Shown here: piece by piece, positions 54,903 through 64,000 of the stretch
How the letters are laid out: each line of letters begins with the position of its first letter
Numbering within the stretch: the first letter of the stretch is position 1
Assembly (NCBI GenBank): GCA_963783375.1
Contig: CAWANH010000028.1
Coordinates: 128,001-192,000 of the forward strand
Length of the DNA: 64,000 nt
Origin: Candidatus Eiseniibacteriota bacterium
Lineage (GTDB): Bacteria; Eisenbacteria; RBG-16-71-46; JABDJR01
Direction of reading: 5' to 3'
Notes under the pieces: model-generated
The model's input: only the letters and a program-made list of their open reading frames with translations
The model's database searches: none
Told to the model about the DNA's origin: nothing
Position numbers and translations under genes: made by a program

Positions 54903-56081
54903 TCAGGACGAGGCGGCTTCTCCGCCGGTCTCGTCCGAGGCGGCGCGGCGGAGAACGGATTCGGCGGCCTCGACCGCCCCCGAATCCTTCGACCATCCCA
55001 GCTCGACGATCGCATCCGCCAGGGCGGCAACCAGGTCGCGAATGTCCTCGTCCCGGTAGCAACCCATGTGGCCGAGCCGGAAGAGCTTCCCCTTCATCGG
55101 CTCCTGGCCCCCGGCGATTCGCATGCCGTGCTTCTCGCGGAGGAGCTTCACCAGCTCCCCGCCGTCCTTTCCGTCCGGCACGCGAACGGCGGTGAGCCCG
55201 TTCGACGGCTTCTCGGCGAAGAGCTCGAGGCCGAGAGCCCCGACCACCGCCCGACAGGCCTCGGCATGACGGGCGTGGCGGGCGTGCACCGCCTCCAGGC
55301 CCTCCTTCTCGATCAGCCGGATCGACTCCTCCAGGGCGAGCACCAGGGGCACTCCGGGGGTGAAGGGGGTGGAGTTCTTGTTCAGCGAAGCGCGGGCCCG
55401 GGCCAGGTCCAGGTAGAACCGCGGGAGCCCCGCCTTCTTGTTCCGCTCCCACGCCGCCTCGCTCAGGGTCACGAAGGCCAGCCCGGGAGGGAGCATGAGG
55501 CCCTTCTGGGACCCGGTCACCGCCGCCCCCAGGCCCCAGGCGTCGAAGGCCACCGGGTGGATGCCCAGCGAGGTCACCACGTCGGCAAGGACGAGCTTCC
55601 CGCGCTCGCGGGCGGCGGCGGCGATCCCCTCCAGATCGTGGAGCGCGCCGGTCGAGGTCTCGCTGTGGGTCACGCAGAGAACCGACGCCGCGGCCGCCTC
55701 CTTGTCGAGGAAATGCGTCACCTCCCCGGCATCGAACGAGGCGCCCCAGGGGCGGGCCAGTTCCACCGTCTTGAGCCCGTAGGCCCGCGCGATGCCCAGC
55801 CACCGCTCCCCGAACTTCCCCGCGTTCAGGACCGCCACCGTTTCCCCGGGAGAGGCCACGTTCACCAGCGCCGCCTCCAGCCCCGCGCTTCCGCTGGCGG
55901 TGAGGGTGAGCACGGGCTGGCGGGTCCCGAAGATCCGCATGAGCCCGGCGGTGGCGCGGGCCAGTACGGTCTGGAACTCGGAGGTCCGATGGTGCAAGGC
56001 GGGCCGCCCCAGGATCTCCCGCACCGATTCGGGGAGAGGGGTGGGACCCGGTGTGTAGAGGCGCTCCTCTTTGACTGCCAC
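54903..56081 (-). CDS. class V PLP aminotransferase (alanine-glyoxylate/serine-pyruvate type, probable SerC substitute)
   Basis: YTPGPT, HSETSTG, GSQKGLMLPPGL, RLGHMG; directly upstream of serA; GTG start 56081. Confidence 0.9.
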   Translation of the reverse strand: MAVKEERLYTPGPTPLPESVREILGRPALHHRTSEFQTVLARATAGLMRIFGTRQPVLTLTASGSAGLEAALVNVASPGETVAVLNAGKFGERWLGIARAYGLKTVELARPWGASFDAGEVTHFLDKEAAAASVLCVTHSETSTGALHDLEGIAAAARERGKLVLADVVTSLGIHPVAFDAWGLGAAVTGSQKGLMLPPGLAFVTLSEAAWERNKKAGLPRFYLDLARARASLNKNSTPFTPGVPLVLALEESIRLIEKEGLEAVHARHARHAEACRAVVGALGLELFAEKPSNGLTAVRVPDGKDGGELVKLLREKHGMRIAGGQEPMKGKLFRLGHMGCYRDEDIRDLVAALADAIVELGWSKDSGAVEAAESVLRRAASDETGGEAASS

Positions 56082-56301
56082 GGCGTGAAAACCTCCGGAA
56101 GGGGCGCACACCGGCTCGACGATGCCGCTCGACGAAGCGGGCGGGCCGGGGGCCGGCAAGATCAGCCGGAGAGTATACGGAAGCGGGGGGGCTTTGTCTC
56201 GGCGGCTCGCAGCGCGGCCGCACGGGTGCGGGAGCGATGAGGACCCCGGAGGCGCCCGACCCGGTCTCCCCTTGGACGGCGGGACCGGCGGGAGGCAAAG
56301 A

Positions 56302-56338
56302 GCGGGGCCCCGGACCTGGGTAGGGTCCGGGGCCCCGC
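56302..56338 (-). terminator. terminator after the PEP-CTERM gene
   Basis: 15-bp stem GCGGGGCCCCGGACC/GGTCCGGGGCCCCGC, then TCTTTG. Confidence 0.6.
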
Positions 56339-56371
56339 GTCTCGATTCGGCGTGGCTTGCGAAAGCGGAGG

Positions 56372-57064
56372 CTAGATCATCTTCTTCCGGCGACGGGCCG
56401 CGGCGGCTCCGCCACCCAGGAGGCCGAATCCGAGGAGCATGAGGGTGGCCGGCTCGGGAACGGCCAAGGGGCCGTCCACTTCACCGGTGCCCGAGGCGGT
56501 GAACCGGGTCAGGTACCCGTTGCTCGACCCGAAGTTGCCGAAGGTGTTGCTCGAGAACGAGACGTCCACCGGGGTGCCGATGACCAGCCCGTAGGGCAGG
56601 TTCTGTCCGGTGAGGCTGGTGGTCCGGGCCGATCCCCCGATGGTCAGGGCGGTTCCGTTCCAGGTGATCTGGACGGGTTCGCTGAACTGGAGGCCCACGC
56701 CGCCGGTCCCGCCGTTGGTCAGAACGTCGAAGCCGAACACCGGGAACGGCCCCCCGCTCTGGACCACCCCGCCGGCCACCGGGATGTTGGTGACGTTGGG
56801 GATGTACAGGTCGGCAAAGATGTTGGAGTTCAGGATGGGACCGGCGAGGCTCCCGTCCACCAGGAAGCTCATGGCGTCGAGGGCGTCGGCGTTGGCCGTG
56901 CTGCCGCCGCCGGACGCGGTGTTGGCCCCGCCCTGGTCGTAGATGGCGCTGCCGTCGTAGGCGATGTCCAGACCCTGGAACTGGATCTGGAGAATGGAGG
57001 CCGAGGCCACAGCCGGGGCCACCGCCAAGGCGATGAAGATGGTCGTCAGTAGAAGCTTTTTCAT
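56372..57064 (-). CDS. PEP-CTERM sorting-domain protein
   Basis: Signal peptide MKKLLL..ASA; C-terminus VPEPATLMLLGFGLLGGGAAAARRRKK; AAGGAG before ATG 57064. Confidence 0.93.
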   Translation of the reverse strand: MKKLLLTTIFIALAVAPAVASASILQIQFQGLDIAYDGSAIYDQGGANTASGGGSTANADALDAMSFLVDGSLAGPILNSNIFADLYIPNVTNIPVAGGVVQSGGPFPVFGFDVLTNGGTGGVGLQFSEPVQITWNGTALTIGGSARTTSLTGQNLPYGLVIGTPVDVSFSSNTFGNFGSSNGYLTRFTASGTGEVDGPLAVPEPATLMLLGFGLLGGGAAAARRRKKMI

Positions 57065-57153
57065 GATTCGAGACTCCTTCGGTGTGCCTGACCGAATCGA
57101 TGTTGAATAAGCACTCCATGGCAATACCATGGAGTGACCCAGCCCCTTGTAAG

Positions 57154-57170
57154 AGCAGGAACCGTGCCCG
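57154..57170 (-). promoter_or_regulatory. sigma54 (-24/-12) promoter of the PEP-CTERM gene
   Basis: Minus strand CGGGCACGGTTCCTGCT = GG-N10-GC with GGCACG core. Confidence 0.72.
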
Positions 57171-57706
57171 CCGAAACCTGCGGGCGGGGGTACTGATTTA
57201 AGACTATATTAATCATGGATTTACGGGGCGGTCAAGGCTGCCGCCCGGACCGGCGCCGGCATCCGCCGAACATCAAACTGTTAGTGATTTCGACACAGCG
57301 GTGATGTTCGGATAACGCGTTGAAACAAAACAACTTGAAAATCACGAGTCTCAGAGCTGCCGGACTTTCCTGACAGGGTGACAAGTTTTCGTACAATTCA
57401 TTATAAGGCAGCGGGTTACGATGCCAATACCGAGCCGCCGCTCTCTGGATCCGTCAGGAATTCGACGATTCCCGCGACCGGGCTGAGATCCCGTTTCAAG
57501 TCTGGCGGCCGACGGGGCCGGCGGCACGCGTCTCGCCGTCGGAGAGTGGGAGGGGCCCGGCCCGACATACCCACGGAGCCGTGGCGCGTGGTGGAGCAGA
57601 TGACCGCCAGGTCGGGCGAGTCAGCCGGATACCCGGCGCGCGGCCTCGCCGATCGGTCGGCGCGCCCGAATTCAGAGGGGCGCCGGCGCAGGCCGGCCGG
57701 CCGCCC

Positions 57707-60124
57707 TCAATGACGGGTGTAGGGCCGCGACACCGGCGGGGCCGGCACGGTCCGGGGGGACTCCGCCGGCTCGTCGGCTCCGGGCAGGCGGTCGAGCGCA
57801 TGCTCGAGCACCTCGTCCATGTGCTCCACGGGGACGAAGGTAAGGCTCCGCCGGACCGCGGCGGGGATCTCCACCAGGTCCTTCTCGTTGGCCTTGGGGA
57901 TGATGATGGTGACCGCGCCGGCCCGCTTCGCCGCCACCACCTTCTCGGTGAGGCCGCCGATCGGGAGCACGGTCCCGCGGAGGGTGATCTCGCCGGTCAT
58001 CGCCACCTCGGGACGGGTGGGAATGCCGGTCAGGGCGGAGATCAGCGCCACCGCCATGGTGATTCCCGCCGAGGGCCCGTCCTTGGGGATCGCCCCCTCG
58101 GGCACGTGGATATGGATGTCGATGTCCTGGTAGAACCACTTGTCCAGTCCCCAGGCCTCGGCGTTCTTCCGGGCGTAGGTCATGGCCGCCACCCCGGACT
58201 CCCGCATCACGTCCCCCAGCTTCCCGGTCAGGTTCAACGTTCCTTTCCCGGGAACGGTGGTGACCTCGATGGTCATGACATCGCCGCCGGCCTCGGTCCA
58301 GGCCAGGCCGTTGGCCACCCCCACCCGGTACAGCCGTTCCAGGGGGCTCTCCAGGAACCGCGGCGGTCCCAGGTAGCCGGCGAGCTTCTGGGGGGTGACC
58401 TTGATCGGGAGCTTGGAGGAGGCCTCGGCCTTCTTCCGCGCCACCTTGCGGGACACCGCTCCGATCTCACGCTCCAGGTTTCGGACGCCCGCCTCGCGGG
58501 TATAGGCGGAGATGATCGTGTTCAGTGAGGCATCGCTCAGGGTGAGATCGCCCTTCGCCAGCCCGCTGGCCTCCATCTGCTTCGGGACCAGGAAGTTCTT
58601 GGCGATGGCCAGCTTCTCGTCGGCCAGGTAGCCCGGAAGCTCGATGATCTCCATCCGGTCCAGGAGGGGCGGCGGAATGGCCGGCCGGTAGTTGGCGGTG
58701 GTGATGAAGAGCACGTGGGAGAGGTCAAAGTCCACTTCCAGGTAGTGGTCGTTGAAGGAGAAGTTCTGCTCGGGGTCGAGGACCTCCAGGAGCGCCGCCG
58801 CCGGGTCCCCCCGCCAGTCCGAGCCCAGCTTGTCCACCTCGTCGAGCAGGATGAGCGGGTTCACCACCCCGGCCCGTTTCATGGCCTGGATGATCCGGCC
58901 GGGCATGGAGCCGATGTAGGTGCGACGGTGTCCGCGGATCTCCGCCTCGTCCCGCACCCCTCCCAGGGACATGCGCACGAAACGGCGGCCCATGGAGCGG
59001 GCGATGGATTTGCCGAGGGAGGTCTTCCCCACCCCGGGCGGGCCGACCAGACAGAGGATCGGACCCTTGATGCGGCCCGACAGCTTCACCACCGCCAGGT
59101 ACTCCAGGATCCTCTCCTTCACCTTCTTCAAGCCGTGATGGTCCTCGTCCAGGATCTTCCGAACCTCGGCCAGGTCGAGGTTGTCGTCGCTCCGCTTCTT
59201 CCACGGCACCGCCACCAGCCAGTCCAGGTAGGTGCGAAGAACCGTGGCCTCGGGGGACATGAACGACATCTTCCCCAACCGGTCCAGCTCCTTCTCCGCC
59301 TTCTCCCGCACTTCCTTGGGCATCTGCGCCTTCTTGATCAGGCGCTCCAGCTCCTCCAGCTCGCCGGCGAACTCGTTCTGGTAGCCCAGCTCCTTGCGGA
59401 TCGCCTTGAGCTGCTCGTTGAGGTAGAACTCCTTCTGGTTCTTGTGAACCTGGGAGCGCACCTGGCCCTCGATCTTCCGCTCCAGCTTCACGATCTCGAG
59501 CTCGGAGTGGAGGATCTGGCTCAGGTGGTTCAGCCGGTCGTTGACCGACTCCAGCTCCAGGATCTCCTGCTTGGCCGAGACCTTGATCTGGAGGTGGCTG
59601 GCCACGGTGTAGGAGAAGACCACCGGATCGGTGATGTTGTTGACGGTGAGGAGCACCTCGTCGGAGATGCGCCGGTTCAGGTGGACGTACTCGTTGAAGG
59701 CCCCGGCCACCGCGCGCATCAGGGCCTCGAGGTGCGTCCCCTCCTCGGGCTCCTCCTCCAGGATCCCCACCCGGGCCAGGTAGTAGTCGTCGGCGTTCAG
59801 GAAGCGCCGGACCCGGGCCCGGGAGAGCCCCTCGACCAGGACGCGCAGCGTGCCGTCGGGAAGCCGGAAGAGCTGGAGCACCCGCACCACCGTCCCCAGC
59901 CGGTACATGTCCTCCTTCTGGGGATCCACCACGTCGGGCCGCTTCTGGGCGGTGGCGAAGAGGATGCGGTTGCCGGCCACCGCCTCTTCGATGGCGTTGA
60001 CCGAGGGCACGCGGCCCACCAGGAGCGGGACCGTCATGTGGGGAAAGAGCACCACGTCCCGCAGCGGGAGCAGGGGAAGCTTTTCCTCGATGTCGATGAT
60101 CTCGCCGTCGCGTTCGATTCGCAT
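57707..60124 (-). CDS. lon: ATP-dependent protease La
   Basis: [35 protein letters not shown]. Confidence 0.98.
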   Translation of the reverse strand: MRIERDGEIIDIEEKLPLLPLRDVVLFPHMTVPLLVGRVPSVNAIEEAVAGNRILFATAQKRPDVVDPQKEDMYRLGTVVRVLQLFRLPDGTLRVLVEGLSRARVRRFLNADDYYLARVGILEEEPEEGTHLEALMRAVAGAFNEYVHLNRRISDEVLLTVNNITDPVVFSYTVASHLQIKVSAKQEILELESVNDRLNHLSQILHSELEIVKLERKIEGQVRSQVHKNQKEFYLNEQLKAIRKELGYQNEFAGELEELERLIKKAQMPKEVREKAEKELDRLGKMSFMSPEATVLRTYLDWLVAVPWKKRSDDNLDLAEVRKILDEDHHGLKKVKERILEYLAVVKLSGRIKGPILCLVGPPGVGKTSLGKSIARSMGRRFVRMSLGGVRDEAEIRGHRRTYIGSMPGRIIQAMKRAGVVNPLILLDEVDKLGSDWRGDPAAALLEVLDPEQNFSFNDHYLEVDFDLSHVLFITTANYRPAIPPPLLDRMEIIELPGYLADEKLAIAKNFLVPKQMEASGLAKGDLTLSDASLNTIISAYTREAGVRNLEREIGAVSRKVARKKAEASSKLPIKVTPQKLAGYLGPPRFLESPLERLYRVGVANGLAWTEAGGDVMTIEVTTVPGKGTLNLTGKLGDVMRESGVAAMTYARKNAEAWGLDKWFYQDIDIHIHVPEGAIPKDGPSAGITMAVALISALTGIPTRPEVAMTGEITLRGTVLPIGGLTEKVVAAKRAGAVTIIIPKANEKDLVEIPAAVRRSLTFVPVEHMDEVLEHALDRLPGADEPAESPRTVPAPPVSRPYTRH

Positions 60125-60262
60125 GGTTCAGGTCCTGTCGTGGTGCGGGTCAGGGAGAGTGCCGTCGGCCCCCATCATACGGCAAGGCCGGAGCCCCGTC
60201 AGGGTCCGGCCCGAAGCCGAGTGGCGGACTCAAGGCGTCCGGCCGGGAGCGAAGCGGAGGGT

Positions 60263-61516
60263 TCAAGCCCCCTTCTTCTTGCTCTCCCGGCTCCAGGTGA
60301 TGATGGGCTGGCCCTTGTTCAGGATCACCTCCGGAGTGATCTCCACGTGGGTGACCCCTTCCTGGGAGGGAATGTCGTACATGATCTCGAGCATGGTCTC
60401 TTCGAGGACGGCCCGGAGGCCCCGCGCCCCCGTCCCCCGCTCACTGGCCAGGCGGGCCACCGCCTTGAGCGCCGCCTCGGTGAAGCTCAGCTCCACCCCT
60501 TCCATCTCGAAGAACTTGCGGTACTGCTTGCTGATGGCGTTCTTGGGCTTGGTGAGGATCTCCACCATGGCGGCCTCGTCGAGGCTGTCGAGGCTGGCCA
60601 CCACCGGTAGCCGGCCCACCAGCTCCGGAATGAGACCGTAGCGGAGCAGGTCCTCGGGCTCGACCTGAGCCAGGATCTCGCCCAGGTTCCGCTCTTCCTT
60701 GCTCTTGATGTTGGCGCCGAATCCCATCTCGCGGCGTCCGATCCGACGCTCCACGATCCGCTCCAGACCCTCGAAGGCTCCACCGCAGATGAAGAGAATG
60801 TCCTTGGTGTTGACCTCGATGTACTTCTGCTGGGGGTGCTTCCGCCCGCCCTGGGGCGGCACGTTGACCACCGTTCCTTCGAGGATCTTGAGCAGCGCCT
60901 GCTGCACCCCTTCCCCGGACACGTCCCGGGTGATGGACGGGTTCTCGCTCTTCCGCGAGATCTTGTCGATCTCGTCGATGTAGGCGATTCCGTGCTCCGC
61001 GTTGACCAGGTTGAAGTCGGCGGCCTGGAGCAACCGCACCAGGATGTTCTCCACGTCCTCGCCCACGTAACCCGCCTCGGTGAGACAGGTGGCGTCCACG
61101 ATGGCGAAGGGGACCTTGAGGATCCGGGAGAGGGTCTGGGCCAAAAGGGTCTTCCCGGTGCCGGTGGGGCCGATGAGGAGGATGTTGGACTTCTCCAGCT
61201 CCACGTCGTCCTTGATCGGGGGGCTGAAGATGCGCTTGTAGTGGTTGTAGACCGCCACCGCCAGTGTCTTCTTGGCGCCGTTCTGACCGATCACGTACTC
61301 GTCGAGGATGCGCTTGATCTCGGCGGGCTTGGGAAGGCCCTCGCGCCCCGCCGGAAGGTCCCGGTCGGCCTCGCCGTCCAGGATGTCGTTGCACAGCTTC
61401 ACGCACTCGCTGCAAATGTAGACCGACGGACCGGATACGAGGCGGCTCACCTCATCCTGTCCGCGTCCGCAAAACGAGCATTTGATCGGGTGTGGTGTGG
61501 ACACTCGCTTCTTCAT
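60263..61516 (-). CDS. clpX: ATP-dependent Clp protease ATP-binding subunit
   Basis: CSFCG..ICSEC zinc finger, [22 protein letters not shown]. Confidence 0.98.
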   Translation of the reverse strand: MKKRVSTPHPIKCSFCGRGQDEVSRLVSGPSVYICSECVKLCNDILDGEADRDLPAGREGLPKPAEIKRILDEYVIGQNGAKKTLAVAVYNHYKRIFSPPIKDDVELEKSNILLIGPTGTGKTLLAQTLSRILKVPFAIVDATCLTEAGYVGEDVENILVRLLQAADFNLVNAEHGIAYIDEIDKISRKSENPSITRDVSGEGVQQALLKILEGTVVNVPPQGGRKHPQQKYIEVNTKDILFICGGAFEGLERIVERRIGRREMGFGANIKSKEERNLGEILAQVEPEDLLRYGLIPELVGRLPVVASLDSLDEAAMVEILTKPKNAISKQYRKFFEMEGVELSFTEAALKAVARLASERGTGARGLRAVLEETMLEIMYDIPSQEGVTHVEITPEVILNKGQPIITWSRESKKKGA

Positions 61517-61569
61517 CCGTTCCTCTTCGGGGTCCTCGGCAACCGACCGTGAGCCCTTTGGTTATCGGA

Positions 61570-62160
61570 CTATCCGGTCGCTCTCTTAGCGATTACCTCA
61601 TCAACAATACCGTATTCCTTGGCCTGATCCGCGGACATGAAGAAGTTGCGGTCCGTGTCCTTCTGGATCCGGTCCAGGTCCTGTCCGGTGTGGTGGACGA
61701 GGATCTGGTTCAGACGATCCCGGATGGTGAGGATCTCCTTGGTGTAGATCTCCACGTCCGACGCCTGCCCCTGGGTTCCCCCCAGGGGTTGGTGGATCAT
61801 GACCCGGGCGTTGGGGAGCATGGAGCGCTTCCCCTCGGCCCCGGCGCAGAGGAGCAGGGCCCCCATGCTCGCCGCCTGGCCCATGCAGGTGGTGGCCACG
61901 TCGGGCTTGATGAACTGCATGGTGTCGTAGATGCCCAGCCCGGCGGTCACCGACCCTCCGGGGCTGTTGATATAGATGTGGATGTCCTTGTCCGGATCCT
62001 CGTGCTCCAGGAAGAGCAGCTGGGCGATCATGAGATTGGCCACGACGTCGTCCACCACGGTGCCCAGGAAGATGATCCGGTCCTTGAGCAGGCGGGAGTA
62101 GATGTCGTAGGCCCGCTCACCCCGGGCGGACTGTTCGATGACGATGGGTACGAGGGACAT
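61570..62160 (-). CDS. clpP: ATP-dependent Clp protease proteolytic subunit
   Basis: [36 protein letters not shown]. Confidence 0.98.
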   Translation of the reverse strand: MSLVPIVIEQSARGERAYDIYSRLLKDRIIFLGTVVDDVVANLMIAQLLFLEHEDPDKDIHIYINSPGGSVTAGLGIYDTMQFIKPDVATTCMGQAASMGALLLCAGAEGKRSMLPNARVMIHQPLGGTQGQASDVEIYTKEILTIRDRLNQILVHHTGQDLDRIQKDTDRNFFMSADQAKEYGIVDEVIAKRATG

Positions 62161-63461
62161 CAGGCCGTTTCCTCCACTTCGCCGGGGACCGTCTTGGCCA
62201 CGGTCACGTCGGCCTTCTCCGAGAGTCTATCGAGAACTCGCCGCCGGAACAAATCATCCCGCAGGCGTTCCAGGTCGCCTTCCTTCTTGATCCGGGCCTT
62301 GACCTTTTCCACCGGCTGGCCTTCCCGCTCGGCGTAGGACGAAAGCTCCTTGTCGAGGTCCTCCTCGGTGACCTCGATCCCCTCCTGCCGCCCGACCGAT
62401 TCCATGAGGATGTCCATGCGGTACTGGCGCTCCACGTGGCTCCGGTACTGCTCCCGGACCCGCGATTCCTCGTCCGGAGGCATGTTGGGGTTTTCCTTCT
62501 CCACCCGTTCCATGATCCGGTCCAGGGTGGAGTCCACCACTCCCCGGGGAAGCTCGAACGGGTTCAACTCCAGGAGCCGGTTCACCAGATTCGACTCCAT
62601 GTCCTGCATGGAGCGCATGCGCGCTTCGGCCTCGTGGTTCAGGCGAATGCGCGACTTCAGGTCCTCCAGGGTGGCGTCCTCGGTCCCGAGGACCTTCTTG
62701 GCGAAAGCGTCGTCGAGGGCGGGCCAGATCTTCTCCTGCACCTTTCCCACCGTCACGTGGAACCGCCGGGAGGACCCCGCCAGCTTCTCGTCCGGATAGT
62801 CCGCCGGATAGTCCAGGGGGACCTCCTTCATGTCGCCGACCACGGTTCCCATGAGCTCGCGGTTGAACGCTTCCGGCGTCCGCGTGCTCCCCAGCTCCAG
62901 GGATACTTCCACCGGCTCCTGTTCGGGATCGGACTTTCCGGAGGCATCCAATTCCCGGTAGCGCACCACCACCACGTCCCCGCCGTGGGCAGGCCGGTCC
63001 GCCTCCTCCAGGTCCGCGTTCTGGTCCCGGAGGTGATCCAGGGTGCGGTTCAGATCCTCCTCCTGAATGTCGGGTTGATCGCGGGTGAGCTTGAGTCCTT
63101 CGTAGCCCGTAATTTCAACCTGGGGCATGACCTCCACCGTGGCGGTGAAGACCAGGGGCTGGCCGGGGTTGAACTTGAGGTTCGAGATGCGGGGATCGCC
63201 CAGGGGCTTGAGATCGGCATCCTTGAGCGCACCGTCCAGGGCGTCGGGGATTACCCGGCGGAGCACCTCCCCCTCGATGTCGTCGCCCAGGTGCTTGCGG
63301 GCCAGCTCGGCCGGGACCTTGCCCTTGCGGAAGCCGGGGAGCACCAGGCGGCGCCGGTACTCCTCCACCACCCGGTCAAGCTCCCGGTCCACCACCGCGG
63401 ACTCCACCTCGATCTCCAGGACCCGCTTCCAGGCCGGCTCTTCCTTGACGTTCACCTTCAT
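62160..63461 (-). CDS. tig: trigger factor
   Basis: [10 protein letters not shown] signature; tRNA-Leu-tig-clpP-clpX-lon synteny. Confidence 0.96.
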   Translation of the reverse strand: MKVNVKEEPAWKRVLEIEVESAVVDRELDRVVEEYRRRLVLPGFRKGKVPAELARKHLGDDIEGEVLRRVIPDALDGALKDADLKPLGDPRISNLKFNPGQPLVFTATVEVMPQVEITGYEGLKLTRDQPDIQEEDLNRTLDHLRDQNADLEEADRPAHGGDVVVVRYRELDASGKSDPEQEPVEVSLELGSTRTPEAFNRELMGTVVGDMKEVPLDYPADYPDEKLAGSSRRFHVTVGKVQEKIWPALDDAFAKKVLGTEDATLEDLKSRIRLNHEAEARMRSMQDMESNLVNRLLELNPFELPRGVVDSTLDRIMERVEKENPNMPPDEESRVREQYRSHVERQYRMDILMESVGRQEGIEVTEEDLDKELSSYAEREGQPVEKVKARIKKEGDLERLRDDLFRRRVLDRLSEKADVTVAKTVPGEVEETA

Positions 63462-63595
63462 GACGGCTCAGATCTCCTTAAACCAATTTAATTCAAAGGA
63501 TTACAGACTTTTCCGGGGGCGCGGCCGGCGCCTTCCCCCGGCCCCCCGGCGACCCGTCCGAGGCCTCGGCGCCCACCCCCCCGGCGACCCGGACG

Positions 63596-63680
63596 TGGTG
63601 CGAGAGGGGGGACTTGAACCCCCACGGGTTTCCCCACTGGAACCTAAATCCAGCGCGTCTGCCAGTTCCGCCACTCTCGC
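63596..63680 (-). tRNA. tRNA-Leu (anticodon UAG)
   Basis: GCGAGAGTGGCGGAACTGGCAGACGCGCTGGA-TTTAGGT-TCCAGTGGGGAAACCCGTGGGGGTTCAAGTCCCCCCTCTCGCACCA, 85 nt with long variable arm. Confidence 0.97.
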
Positions 63681-63884
63681 GCGCGGGGGGGCGGGACGGA
63701 GAACGGGCGAGTATACCACGCCCCCGGCGAAGGAGCCCGGGGGGGAGGTCGGCCATTTTGCAGAGGTCCGGAACGCGCCGGGCCCCCCGCTCACGGGGGC
63801 GGGGCGTCGGCGAACCGGGCCCCCCGCCCGCCTGGACCGGCGGGCCGGGCGGGCGTTGTTTCGCTCTCACTTCCCCTCGGGCTC

Positions 63885-64000
63885 CCGCGGCCGCTTCCGG
63901 CCGATGGGGTCCGTTCGATTGCCCCCGGCCCGCGGCAGTCGCTTCCGGCCCCGGGACTCCGTTCGACTAGCCCCGGACCGCGGCAATCGCTTCCGGCCCG
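63885..64000. repeat. imperfect ~48-bp tandem repeat (about 2.5 units visible)
   Basis: Recurring CCGCGGC..CGCTTCCGGCC...TCCGTTCGA; truncated by the window end. Confidence 0.6.

Overview
A high-GC, diderm bacterial chromosome segment with almost all genes on the minus strand. The mix of T9SS/FlgD-type C-terminal domains, PorV-like barrels, a TWxxIK tail and PEP-CTERM suggests an FCB-related candidate lineage such as Eisenbacteria or Krumholzibacteria (inference only). Housekeeping blocks flank the window: ruvB-queA-tgt-yajC-def-fmt-rsmB-PASTA-rpe on the left, and tRNA-Leu-tig-clpP-clpX-lon, PEP-CTERM, class V aminotransferase-serA-purA-tRNA-Lys-ychF on the right. Two surface-biology loci lie between them. 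(1) At 11.4-28.7 kb is a 13-gene LacI regulon marked by four copies of the operator TTGGACCGGTCCAA, each next to a sigma70-like promoter element. It encodes a MalEFG-type ABC importer, CBM48 and SusE/F-like lipoproteins, two tandem unclassified outer-membrane beta-barrels (one with an N-terminal CBM48), a PorV-like barrel and three secreted proteins that look non-catalytic. I see no glycoside hydrolase, SusC/SusD, LamB or MalK. This is the best candidate for an undescribed alpha-glucan capture and import system. (2) At 32.5-50.3 kb is a ~5,060-aa Ig-repeat surface protein with a FlgD/T9SS-like tail, a very long structured upstream region, and an adjacent PorV-TSP3-OmpA fusion gene. All family assignments come from motif recognition by eye; no searches were run.
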